A DNA stretch of 63,911 nucleotides, filler included, from Octopus bimaculoides (lineage: Eukaryota), in assembly GCF_001194135.2 (NCBI RefSeq). It is 4 parts of 4 records of this genome, joined end to end, with 100 filler letters (N's around TTAATTAATTAA, not from the genome) between each part and the next. Parts side by side here need not be neighbours in the genome. Positions count along the whole stretch, not along the records: positions 26,447 to 44,459 come from NC_068999.1; positions 44,560 to 59,373 come from NC_068998.1; 2 more parts are not named here. The stretch is one strand, 5' to 3'. Positions within the stretch are counted from its first letter, which is position 1. Each line of letters begins with the position of its first letter. This document shows positions 39,176 to 51,136 of this stretch, in pieces. A program made the translations under genes and the position numbers. The notes under the pieces were generated by a model that saw nothing but the letters and a program-made list of their open reading frames with translations, made no database searches and was not told the origin of the DNA.

Positions 39176-40698
39176 GCGCACGTGTGTATGTATACATGTA
39201 TATATGAATATATGTATGTACATATATATATAGTTGGAATTTTAAAAAAACAAAAAACAAAAGACGAAGGCGGTTTTGTAAGCAGCAATATATATGTGTT
39301 TATGTAAACATGTATATATGGAGGAAGCTGGGGGAAGCGTCCTCCTGAGGTTACAAAGTGCAGTAAATTCAGTTGCCACCAAACAGCTATGTTTAAGTAG
39401 TGATAAACCTTACTTCTCAGTATAACGACTGCTCTTTACGCTTGTGGACATTTTCTAACGAGTTAATCCTCTTGTTGTATGATCAATGACTGTGTCACTT
39501 GGTTTTCTATATATTGCACACTGGAGAGAACAGCTGCTATCACTAGCAGGCGAGTATCCGCCACTGAGGATGACCACAAATATGTCGAAATTGTAGAGTC
39601 TAAGAATTCACAATCCAGCATATTCCTGTTATCAGCTGCATATCTGTGCTTAGATTAGATTATGTCTGTAACTCTTCATGAATTCAGCTTGCATTGTATT
39701 TCCCCAGTCTTTTGAAGCCGTGAAGTGTTTGCTCTTTGCGACGGTGTCTGAACTAAACCACTCAATTGAATATTGAATAAGTGCATGGGCAATTTCTGAA
39801 AATAATTTCTCCGGGCCCGTCATCGTTTTCCTCTTTTGCAGTCAACAGGCGACCAAATGTAGCGTCAAATACGACCAATCGATTCGTATATTACAAAATT
39901 GAATATTAGAATAGTTTCAAATTTCTTCCGATACCGTCACGCGTCTTTTCGTTTAGAAAGTTAATGAATAGTATGAAATGATTTGTAATTTCCCAATTTA
40001 AGATTCTTACATGCCTTCAGGGTTGTTTTGATAAGTTTCCAATTTGGTCATTCCAAATACCATCTTTCCTTCTAAGTGGTATAATCTAAATATAGTACGT
40101 TTTGTGGAGTGGTGTGGTTGGTTAGGTATTCTAAACAGACATTACTACTTATGATTTTAAAGAGACGTCTAACGTATAACATGCGATTGCTTTCGACAAA
40201 GTAAATTTTGTTATTTTCTCAAACTTTTAAAATCCTACGGTTCTCAACTCTATAATAACTTTTTTTATCCTTTTGCTCTGTCGGGAATATATTTCTGATT
40301 GTTTCCAGCGAACAATTTTGGGGTTTTTACAGATATTATTGTATATAAAATCGTGAACATCAATTCGAGGACTACTCAAAGGGCTGAGAATATCCATTAC
40401 TATAATTTTCTTTTTGTTTCTTCACATTAGAATGCAGTTAAGCTTAGCTTGTAGATACTTTGTGATCATAGGTGTTCCAGATATGATCATCCTGTCATTT
40501 GCCGAACCTATTTCTCTAACTAACTCTACAAAACTTTCACGAGTAACATGTATTCCTCTGTGATTGCGTTGTACAACAAAAATACACAGGCATGCATGCA
40601 TATATATAAACATACAGACACAGAAACGAATTCGCCACAATAGATCACTAGCCACTATACCTTTTCTATCTTCTCTCCTTGTTTATATTCTTGTGTTC

Positions 40699-40734
40699 CT
40701 TTCTGTTGAAGAGCATAGGCTCGAAACGTAAAAG
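40699..40734 (+). ncRNA. Minimal type-I hammerhead ribozyme motif with an A6U core variant
   Basis: CTTT-CTGTTGA-A-GAGC(atag)GCTC-GAAA-CGT-A-AAAG: perfect stems I and II, palindromic ACGT, GUA triplet. Confidence 0.65.
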
Positions 40735-40822
40735 TCTTTCTCACTTCACGAGCGTTAAACTAATACATCTGTTTGTTGTTTACACACCCGTCTTCCTCAT
40801 TTGATTTTTTTGTAAATTCTCA

Positions 40823-40909
<87 letters not shown>

Positions 40910-41789
40910 TGTATGTGTATGTATATATGTGTATCTATGTTTATGTATTTTCCGCTTGTGGGTCTCTGGTTTGTGAGGAGTGTGTAACCGCCTCTTGGCC
41001 ACAATTTGTCCCAAGTGCACTCTCACCCAACGTATTCGCACCTGTCAGCTACTCAGCTATGGGATCACAATCATATGTGATAATAATCCATCTGAATGCG
41101 GAGAGATATAGAAACACCATTGGTTGGTGTCAGGGCGCACACTAAAACCAGCGGGAATGAGAGACCCTAAACTAGTCTCACAGCATTCTTCTAGGAAAGA
41201 GACACTCTGATATAAAACCTGCGATGTCACGTGATAATTGGTCATTTCGCTTCAGAGTAGTAACGTGTGCTAGCTTCCTGGTAATTAATCGATATTAATT
41301 AATATATGATTTTTTACCCTATATTTTAATAATATATATATATATATAGATAGATAGATAGATATACATATATANNNNNNNNNNNNNNNNNNNNNNNNNN
41401 NNNNNNNNNNNNNNNNNNNNNNNNNNNNNNNNNNNNNNNNNNNNNNNNNNNNNNNNNNNNNNNNNNNNNNNNNNNNNNNNNNNNNNNNNNNNNNNNNNNN
41501 NNNNNNNNNNNNNNNNNNNNNNNNNNNNNNNNNNNNNNNNNNNNNNNNNNNNNNNNNNNNNNNNNNNNNNNNNNNNNNNNNNNNNNNNNNNNNNNNNNNN
41601 NNNNNNNNNNNNNNNNNNNNNNNNNNNNNNNNNNNNNNNNNNNNNNNNNNNNNNNNNNNNNNNNNNNNNNNNNNNNNNNNNNNNNNNNNNNNNNNNNNNN
41701 NNNNNNNNNNNNNNNNNNNNNNNNNNNNNNNNNNNNNNNNNNNNNNNNNNNNNNNNNNNNNNNNNNNNNNNNNNNNNNNNNNNNNNNNN

Positions 41790-41872
<83 letters not shown>

Positions 41873-42168
41873 TTATATGTATATATATACACATACATAT
41901 ATATGTATATATGCATTTTATTATGTATATATATATATATATATGTATGTATATATATATGAGAAGATGTGTAATTATATAACCACACACACGTACAGAC
42001 ATATATATCCCTACGTGCAATGACTTGTAAATTTTTCTGTATCCGTATGTATATATGCACATAGACACAGAGACGCACACGCGCACGCACATACACACAA
42101 GATATGATATATCTCATTATAATATATTATATTCTATTACAGTGTATTCTATCATATAATATAGTATT

Positions 42169-42202
<34 letters not shown>

Positions 42203-42378
42203 NNNNNNNNNNTAGATAGATAGATAGATATACATATATATGTACGTATGTATATACATGTATATATATATGTGTGGGTGTGTCTGTGTGTGTGTATGTG
42301 TGTGTATGTATGCGAATGTGTGCATAGATATGTGTATGTGTATGTGTGTATATATATATATATACATGAATGTATATG

Positions 42379-42425
<47 letters not shown>

Positions 42426-43445
42426 NNNNNNNNNNNNNNNNNNNNNNNNNNNNNNNNNNNNNNNNNNNNNNNNNNNNNNNNNNNNNNNNNNNNNNNNNNN
42501 NNNNNNNNNNNNNNNNNNNNNNNNNNNNNNNNNNNNNNNNNNNNNNNNNNNNNNNNNNNNNNNNNNNNNNNNNNNNNNNNNNNNNNNNNNNNNNNNNNNN
42601 NNNNNNNNNNNNNNNNNNNNNNNNNNNNNNNNNNNNNNNNNNNNNNNNNNNNNNNNNNNNNNNNNNNNNNNNNNNNNNNNNNNNNNNNNNNNNNNNNNNN
42701 NNNNNNNNNNNNNNNNNNNNNNNNNNNNNNNNNNNNNNNNNNNNNNNNNNNNNNNNNNNNNNNNNNNNNNNNNNNNNNNNNNNNNNNNNNNNNNNNNNNN
42801 NNNNNNNNNNNNNNNNNNNNNNNNNNNNNNNNNNNNNNNNNNNNNNNNNNNNNNNNNNNNNNNNNNNNNNNNNNNNNNNNNNNNNNNNNNNNNNNNNNNN
42901 NNNNNNNNNNNNNNNNNNNNNNNNNNNNNNNNNNNNNNNNNNNNNNNNNNNNNNNNNNNNNNNNNNNNNNNNNNNNNNNNNNNNNNNNNNNNNNNNNNNN
43001 NNNNNNNNNNNNNNNNNNNNNNNNNNNNNNNNNNNNNNNNNNNNNNNNNNNNNNNNNNNNNNNNNNNNNNNNNNNNNNNNNNNNNNNNNNNNNNNNNNNN
43101 NNNNNNNNNNNNNNNNNNNNNNNNNNNNNNNNNNNNNNNNNNNNNNNNNNNNNNNNNNNNNNNNNNNNNNNNNNNNNNNNNNNNNNNNNNNNNNNNNNNN
43201 NNNNNNNNNNNNNNNNNNNNNNNNNNNNNNNNNNNNNNNNNNNNNNNNNNNNNNNNNNNNNNNNNNNNNNNNNNNNNNNNNNNNNNNNNNNNNNNNNNNN
43301 NNNNNNNNNNTATATATATATATATACTTGAACAAAAGTGTAAAAAAAAATACATTTAATACCTCCTTCACATAAAATATTATTAATAATATCAATAGAA
43401 ATAATAACAACAACGTCAACAACAAGCAAAACAACGACAGTAACT

Positions 43446-43483
<38 letters not shown>

Positions 43484-44412
43484 AGTAACAAGAACAATAA
43501 TAACATAAACAGCAACTACGACGATGACGACGACAACTATAACAACAACAACAACAACGATAATGATAACAATAATGATAATAATAATAATAATAATAAT
43601 AATGATAATAATAATNNNNNNNNNNTAATAATAATAATAATAATAATAATAAAGGGCTTTTTTACGATAAAAGTAATTGCATCTTTCCGACCGAGGCAAT
43701 AAATAAGATTGCAAGGATTTATGTTTTGTAGGTGTGTGTGTGTGTGTGTGTGTGGAGGACTTCAGTGATGGCTTCTATTGCAATTGTATTATATAAAGAA
43801 TTGTTCGGTGTGGGGCGGCTTCGGATAGCAATGGGTTATGCTGAACTCTGTTACATAAGAAACCCAACAGATTTTTTTTTTGCTTCTACGTATATTCAAT
43901 AGAATATTTCATCACAGCAAAGATTGAATACAGAACTCAGAATACATCTACGGAAGTATACGTGCAGAGAAAATCTCACACACCTCCCTCGTTCCCTCCC
44001 CTCCGTATTATTTTTTTTTTAAATTGACTCTCTCTGTGTTGTGTTTGTGAGTTTGTGTATTTTTGCATCTATTTGTCTGGCTCTTTCAGAGTGTGGTTGC
44101 GTGTGTGTTGGCGGTGGCTGTATATGTGTATGCGTGTACATTCCTTGGAAAGCTACTATGACTTTCGTTCATCAATAATCCACGTTTCCTATTTAACAAA
44201 TGCATATAATTAAGATACTCGGAGTTGCAAATCAGAGAGGATATACCCTCAGAATCTGTCGAGTTTAATATATCCGACACAGCTTCTTGGCTACAATCCT
44301 TTAGCTTGTGTTGACAAACCTCTATCTCTGTCTCGCTCTTTTTCCATCTCTCTCTCTCTCTCTCTCTGTCCCCCTCTCTGTCCCTCTCTCTGTCTGTCTG
44401 TCTCTCTCTCTC

Positions 44413-44459
<47 letters not shown>

Positions 44460-44559
44460 NNNNNNNNNNNNNNNNNNNNNNNNNNNNNNNNNNNNNNNNN
44501 NNNTTAATTAATTAANNNNNNNNNNNNNNNNNNNNNNNNNNNNNNNNNNNNNNNNNNNN
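44460..44559. other. Assembly spacer N44-TTAATTAATTAA-N44 (artefact)
   Basis: Same structure as 26347-26446. Confidence 0.9.
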
Positions 44560-45336
44560 CATACTTATACATATACATGCTTGCCCCATATAGTTGAAAA
44601 TGATACCAATTCTTAGCATATAACCAAATGATTAGAATTACGTATAAGGTAGGGGCATGAACCGAAACATATATGTAGGTTTTTCGCATCAGTGATTTCT
44701 TTCTTAGCTTTACAATTTATGATTTATTTGTATTGTTATTTTAACGAAGTTAACATTTTCGTTAACGATTTGACTTTTAAGTTAACTTTGAAAATCATTA
44801 TCGGACTAATTAACTTCCGTTAACTCAAGTCCGTTAACCCAAAAATTTCATAAAAACCGGTAAACATTTAAAAGTTTCTATTTTGTTTTGTTTTGGGTTC
44901 GGTAAGCAATAGGTCGGTGGCGTGTATTGAACGGAGGATGCATATAAATCACCTTGTGGTGCAGCTGCATCAGTTTGTTATCATTGCAGGCAATGCATCG
45001 TTTGATTGGTAACATCCGTCTGCAATCATCGCCCGCCGGCCATGCCATTTCCTCTTCCTTTAAACCCTGTCAATCTCTTTAAAAGGCTTCACGCATGCGC
45101 ATGAGGGTTCTACTTTACAAAACTTGCTTTCTCGGTTCTGTTGCAGCTGTTTGTTGTTGCCGCCGCCGCTGCTGCTGTTGCTGCTGGTAAAGTTAAGATG
45201 GACGCTTAGGCTTAAGTGTGAGGTTAAGAAGAAAAAGGAGTGTAAGACTAAAGAGGAGCCGGATGGCACGTTTTAATGGCATGGACATACATGCATACAT
45301 ACATGCATACATACACACACACATATATATGAGTGT

Positions 45337-45373
<37 letters not shown>

Positions 45374-46265
45374 CGTCTGTGTGTGTATTTCTATGCGGAT
45401 TTCTCTCTCTCTCTCTCTNNNNNNNNNNNNNNNNNNNNNNNNNNNNNNNNNNNNNNNNNNNNNNNNNNNNNNNNNNNNNNNNNNNNNNNNNNNNNNNNNN
45501 NNNNNNNNNNNNNNNNNNNNNNNNNNNNNNNNNNNNNNNNNNNNNNNNNNNNNNNNNNNNNNNNNNNNNNNNNNNNNNNNNNNNNNNNNNNNNNNNNNNN
45601 NNNNNNNNNNNNNNNNNNNNNNNNNNNNNNNNNNNNNNNNNNNNNNNNNNNNNNNNNNNNNNNNNNNNNNNNNNNNNNNNNNNNNNNNNNNNNNNNNNNN
45701 NNNNNNNNNNNNNNNNNNNNNNNNNNNNNNNNNNNNNNNNNNNNNNNNNNNNNNNNNNNNNNNNNNNNNNNNNNNNNNNNNNNNNNNNNNNNNACAAGAC
45801 AGGAAAACAAACAGAAAAGGCTTTACGGCCAGACGAGAAAAATTATGTGTGTAAGAACGCGATGAGGCACGGACCCGAGAAGGACAAAGTGGTGCGTGCG
45901 TTGCTTGGCGAAAGCCAAGGAAGGAAAGGATTATTGACCGGAAGCATGTGACCATGCCGGTGTAAAGGGAAGAGAGAGAAACAGAGGGAGGAAGTAGAAG
46001 AATAGGTGAGCAACGAGAGGAAAAGAGAAAGAGAGGAAAAACGAGGGGGAAAAAGAGGTACGTAGTAGTAACAGAGGAAGAACGAGAGGGGTAAAGCGAG
46101 ATACGTAGTAGTATACATATACATATATATGTATGTGTGTGTATGTGTGTGTGTGTGTATGTGTGCGTGTATATAATAAGAGCACATAAAAAGAACCATT
46201 TATATATTCTTTTATTGTTTTATATTTACATGTTTCAGCCCTAAGGCTGTGGCCAAGCTGGATCA

Positions 46266-46311
<46 letters not shown>

Positions 46312-46339
46312 ATATATATCCCGACTCCTTCCTTCATCC

Positions 46340-46830
46340 GTTCCTCCATCGCTGGCAATGAGAAGAATTGCTTTCCCAAATGAGCTTGCATATCTTATAT
46401 GCATTCAACGAGGACTTTATACAATCCTTGAACCCTAGTCTTGGTTTCTGCAGGAGTCGCTTCCCTCAAACAAGTCTGTCATACAGCATCTGTTTAGGGA
46501 TCCTCTGATTACTCATCCGAACAATGTGTCCAGGCCATCGGTGCTTGGGTACCATCGCCTCAAATGCCCATGATTTCGGCTCCGCTGAAAATCTCTGTGC
46601 CTGGAGTCGGCAAGGACCAGCCAACATTCAGTATGTGTCTTAGAAGGTAATCTCTGATGGAAGCTTTCAAGAACCCTTACATTATAAGTGTCAATGTTCC
46701 ATGTCTCACATGGGTAAAAAGGGGTGACGTCAACGCATGCGCATGGAGCACAGCATCTTTTGTTTGCCTCGTGTGGCTATTTTGAGACCAGACACATAAG
46801 TCAAGAGCGCTGAAGGAATCATTCATCACT
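46340..46830 (-). mobile_element. BovB-type RTE LINE C-terminal fragment (second RTE family)
   Basis: Minus strand CETW...RVLESFHQR and RWPGHIVRMSNQRIPKQMLY...GKR..QKPRLGFKD. Confidence 0.75.
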
Positions 46831-47439
46831 CAAGGAGCAAGAATGGCTGAATGTGCTACCCAAATAGACAAACTTGCTATAGTAGAAGACAACGGCCCAA
46901 AGTGCCACGCAGACAACGAAGAAAATTTCATAGTTTGTTACATTATAAAATGAAACAAGCATATTCAAATGTCACCGTTCACTGACTGAAACTAAAGTGT
47001 GAAAGATGCAAGGGAGATAACCTATTATTAAGAGTAGTCTCCCTTGATTACAAAGCTTTGAAATGTTTACATCGCATTTTCTTTCATACAGTATTTATCT
47101 TTAAACTGGAACTCATGTTTTGCTTCGAGTGAATCCAAAATAAGTTCTTTTAATTGCTTTGGGTTTGATTTTTTGTTGTCATTGACTAATCCCACATGAG
47201 CACTGATTAAGCATTCTTCCAGTGGAGATTATCTCGTCGTTTTCGATTTGAATAAAAAAAAAATCAACTCAATTTATACATTTTTAATAACAAAAACAAC
47301 AGTTCTATATTTAAGAGATGAGGAATTATTTACATTAGTTACATTAGCCTGTGGTTTTCATGCCTAGGGTGTCATATATTTGGTTTTGTACATAGTGTTG
47401 TTCTAGGGAATGTTTAAGAAACCATAAGACAATTATTAA

Positions 47440-47800
47440 CACGGGACCAATAGGCCTCAATGTGGTTCGTGCAGGCGTCAGTTTCAGAGTCGACCTGTAA
47501 ATGTGACCCAGCTGTTGTAAGTTCCCATCGCTGGCCCATTTGTCTGTACGTATTATAGAACTGGGCAACACAGTTTCAATTATAACAGCTTCTAGTGTTG
47601 CTGCGCTTCTGTCGGGTACACGCTGTAGAAATCCTTTTTTCAGAGTAGTATCATAGCACCCGACAACCCACGTTTGATGGTCTATTCTCCCTACGTGATG
47701 GCCTATTCTCTCAACATTTCTCGAACACATTGCGGAAGTTTATGCTCCCTCAACTCCATCGGCGCCGTTTCTCCGAACACACTTCTCGACAAAACTCATA
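47440..47800 (-). mobile_element. Merlin (IS1016/IS1595-like) DDE transposase fragment
   Basis: FCREVC, GR...TWVVG..D...GFLQRVPDRSAATL...VLP.SII.TDKW and, after a frameshift, CTNHIEAYWSRV. Confidence 0.8.
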
Positions 47801-48309
47801 TTCTATTTTTTGTAGCTTAAAAATGAACACTTTAATTTCTCTTTGTCATATTACTGCGGGAAATTACTCTAAAAGGTGAGTAGATTGATTACACATTTCT
47901 TTCATTATGTTATCGCAGTTTTGTGAGATTTGGCTGTTATTTCTAGCATGTGAATAACCTGCTTGAGGGAGGGGGGTATTTTTTGTTTTTTTTGAAAAAT
48001 TGAAATTTTACTAACAATTTTTTTGTCAGAATCATAATCTCCGTATTTTTGTACGTATTTCGCCAAAAAAAAAAAAATTTAATTCCGGAAAAAGTGAAAA
48101 ATGAAGAAATGGGGAGCGGAAAGTGAAATTTTGAAGTTGCGATTTTTGAAAATTCTATTTCAGAATCGGAATCTCCAGAGCCTAAAACGTGGGATTCCGT
48201 AAAAAAAGAAAAAAAAATTAAGGGTGGGAAGTGTTCCGTTTACATATCCCCCATCTGGACCGAAGAAATGATATGGTTACGGCAAGAACATTAATTTCCA
48301 GTTTCAACT

Positions 48310-48500
48310 AAGGCGGTGAGCGTGTAGAATCGTTACCATGCCGGACAAAATGCTTAACGGTATTTTTATCTGAGTTCAAATGCCGCCAAGACCAAACTCG
48401 ACTTTCATACACTTTCGAGGTCGATAAAAAGAGAACCAGTCAAATAAGTCAAATACTGGAATCGATATAATCGATAAACCCCATCATCCAAAATTCCAGG
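48310..48500 (+). mobile_element. Diverged family A SINE
   Basis: aaggcggtgag..gaatcgtt, gagttcaaat, tttcgaggtcgataaa. Confidence 0.7.
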
Positions 48501-48589
48501 ACTAATAAAGTAGTTAGAGCCGGTCAAATCAGCAACGGTTGACAGTTGTGGTATAAATTTACGTAGAGAACTATTTCCTTGTGTCACCG

Positions 48590-48682
48590 GCAATTTGATT
48601 GGCCAGCGAAATTTAAATCTCTTTCCCGTTAAACAACAAACAAACTCGACTCATTCATTTATTTTTAATTCGATTCTTAACG
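48590..48682 (+). promoter_or_regulatory. Candidate securin core promoter and non-coding exon 1
   Basis: Inverted CCAAT (gattgg 48597-48602), CHR-like tttaaa 48612-48617, E2F-like tttcccg 48622-48628, donor cg|gtaatt after 48682; the first coding exon has only 7 nt of UTR after an acceptor at 51056. Confidence 0.45.
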
Positions 48683-49271
48683 GTAATTATTTACTTTTGT
48701 TTCATCTTATATCTGCTTTTTATACGTGTGTGGCTATCTCTATGTGTATTTGTTTATTTTCAATTAGCATGGTCTTTTCTTGACATTTAAAAAGAGAAAT
48801 TAAATCCGTTGTGGATGTATTTAAACATGTTATGTGTAATATATAATATATGTGTATTTGTTAATTAAAAAATGAACTTGGTTATTTCTTCATATTTAAA
48901 AAATTAAATCCGTTTGTGTGTGTAAATATATATATATTTAAAGCGGACAAGAGATGTATGTGGGTGTATTTTAACCAGCCTTCGATTTTTTTCTGTTCAA
49001 AGGGTTTTTTAACTCAATATTTACATTCTATTGTTTATAACTTTGTTTGGTTCGAGATCCTCGGTTTCAAAAGAGAATACACATATATGTGTGTGCGTGT
49101 GTTTGACGATAGCTTAGATGGCCAAAACTGCGAACTTACTGTCAGCAACATTCTTATATAAGAATAATAAAAGTATAGATTAAAACATTTGATTAATGTA
49201 AGACAAACTATATGTATTTCGTTTTTGGATTTGATTTGCAAGATTCTTTATGTGAGTTCGTGTGTTGCAGC

Positions 49272-49448
49272 GTATTCTGTGGTGTCTGGGGAGAGTCAGT
49301 CTCTTTTAGTGCCTTATCATTTAACACACAAGACGCAACGAAAGTTTTAGAAAAATACAGACGGAAATAAGTGGAAATTTCACCGGTGAGTCTGTGAAAT
49401 TATAAGACACTAAAAGAGAAGGACTCTCCCCAGACACAACAGACTATA
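49272..49448. repeat. Inverted repeat (about 40-bp arms, about 85-bp spacer)
   Basis: 49278-49317 vs reverse complement of 49402-49441, 36/40 identical. Confidence 0.8.
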
Positions 49449-50789
49449 TATATATAATCTTAAAGTTCGTTAATTCTCGGATTAACGATAATATTTTATG
49501 TTCATAATATCTTTAAATCCACCATTATTTATTTTTAAGTTTCCTATTTGTTTTATGCTCATATTTTCATATTCAGGATGAGAAAAGGTCCCCATGCTTT
49601 TTCGTTCTATTTCCCCCTCTTGGCAATTTATTGTAAAGTATTCATTCTATCACCAACTGTCTTGTTAAGTAATTCTACGTTACGCTTTTATCTTAGCAAA
49701 CGAATAAAGAGGAATTTTAAAATGCTGTTATTGAATCATTGAGTTCAGATGATAATGGAAATAACATATAGTAACGTTGTCTCAGTGTTAGTGTTAACAT
49801 ATAGTATAACGTTGTCTCGAAAGTTATGAAGAAACAAAGCTGACCCGTGTGAACTTTTTGAAACTCTTCTCTCTACACTTAAACATTTTTTTCAGATCAA
49901 ATTCTGATATAATCGGGATCGACATTATCTGAAGCTCATTTGTAGAAATTTGTTTATATATTTTATATCATTTTCATGTTTTAATTAATAAATTAAATTA
50001 GTGGAATCAAGAGATGTTATTAAAACAGAGGTGAGTGATATAAAGCTCCTTCCTCAGTCCTGCTGATTCCAGGAATCCAGGAAGCAGGCCTTCTGCTCCC
50101 TGGATTCTGTGGTGTATCTATTCCCCACCTGGATAGGACGCCAGTCCATCACAAAATTATTTCTTTTGTCAGCTGAGAGGACTGGAACAATGTGCAGTGG
50201 GGTGTTTTGCTTGAGGCCACAGTACATTGCCTGCTCCAGGAATTGAAACCATAATCTCCCATGTGCCTCCACTTATGATAGTGACAATTTCTTCCGTCGT
50301 TGTAAGACTAGATATTAGGGGCGGCGAGGGAGAAAACATGATTACAGCAACTTAAGTCCTTGGCTGGTACTTTATTTTACTGTCCCCAACAAAGATGAAA
50401 GACAAAGTTGACTTTAGCAAGATTTGAACTCAGAATGTAAAGAGCTGCAATAAACAAATACTGACCTTTTAAGGATTTTGCCAGTCCCAAGTTCATTTCT
50501 TGACTCGGTGTGTATTTTGGGGGTGGGGGTGGAATGAAAGGCAAAAACTGATTCTTGTGGGCCTTGAACTTGTAAGGACAAAGGGAAAAAAATTAGGTAA
50601 CACAGCAAAGCACTGAAAGATCCTTTTATTTAACTGTTGACTCCTTGATTTTAACATTATTCATCATCATCTTCATCATCATCATCGTTTAACATCTGTT
50701 TTTCATGCTGTCATAGGTTGGACGGTCTGACAAGAGCTAGCATGCCCAAGTGCTGCACCATGCAGTGACCTGAATAATAATAATAATAT

Positions 50790-50930
50790 CAAAAAATCCC
50801 TTAGGAATGAGAACCCAGGTTCGAAATTTCCCCAAAACACCTGATAAAGGCTGGAAGGTATATCAGCTGAAACTTCGTGTTAACAACAAACAAGATGAGG
50901 ATAAATATCCCTCAAATGTAAATAATGAGA
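50790..50930 (+). mobile_element. Solo Penelope pseudo-LTR-like repeat with a degenerate hammerhead motif at 50836-50881
   Basis: Homologous to 62750-62870; AACAC-CTGATAA-A-GGCTG(10 nt)CAGCT-GAAA-CTT-C-GTGTT. Confidence 0.7.
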
Positions 50931-51063
50931 TTTGGTCCTTTATATAATAGCTGTGTCCATAGCCTTCGTCAAGCCACTGTCTGGGTGTATATCTTAATTA
51001 TTGGCTGATCATTAATTAATTTGGTTGATTGATTTGTTTGTTTTTTTTTTTGGCAGCTTCACT

Positions 51064-51136
51064 ATGACGTCAATACACTTTGGGTTCTTAGCCAAAGAAA
51101 ATGTTGGGTCTTCAGCCAATTTAAAGGGCAGAACAG
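51064..51136 (+). CDS. PTTG1: Securin coding exon 1 (MTSIHFGFLAKENVGSSANLKGRT)
   Basis: Acceptor ttttggcag at 51056, ATG 51064, KEN 51094-51102, donor g|gtattt. Confidence 0.8.

Noticed and set aside
40422-40655. 77-aa minus-strand ORF with a protein-like C-terminal half
   Set aside because: No recognisable homology and no partner exon; it sits in a probable decayed element
44086-44280. 64-aa minus-strand ORF
   Set aside because: No pyrimidine-rich acceptor, weak donor and no homology
3736-45955. Many long ORFs in the supplied track composed of X runs or poly-YI, HT, CV, D, I or M
   Set aside because: They span N gaps or microsatellites and are not coding evidence
46724-46744. Adjacent CRE (TGACGTCA) and NRF1-like motifs
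   Set aside because: They lie within the coding remnant of an RTE fragment; likely coincidental
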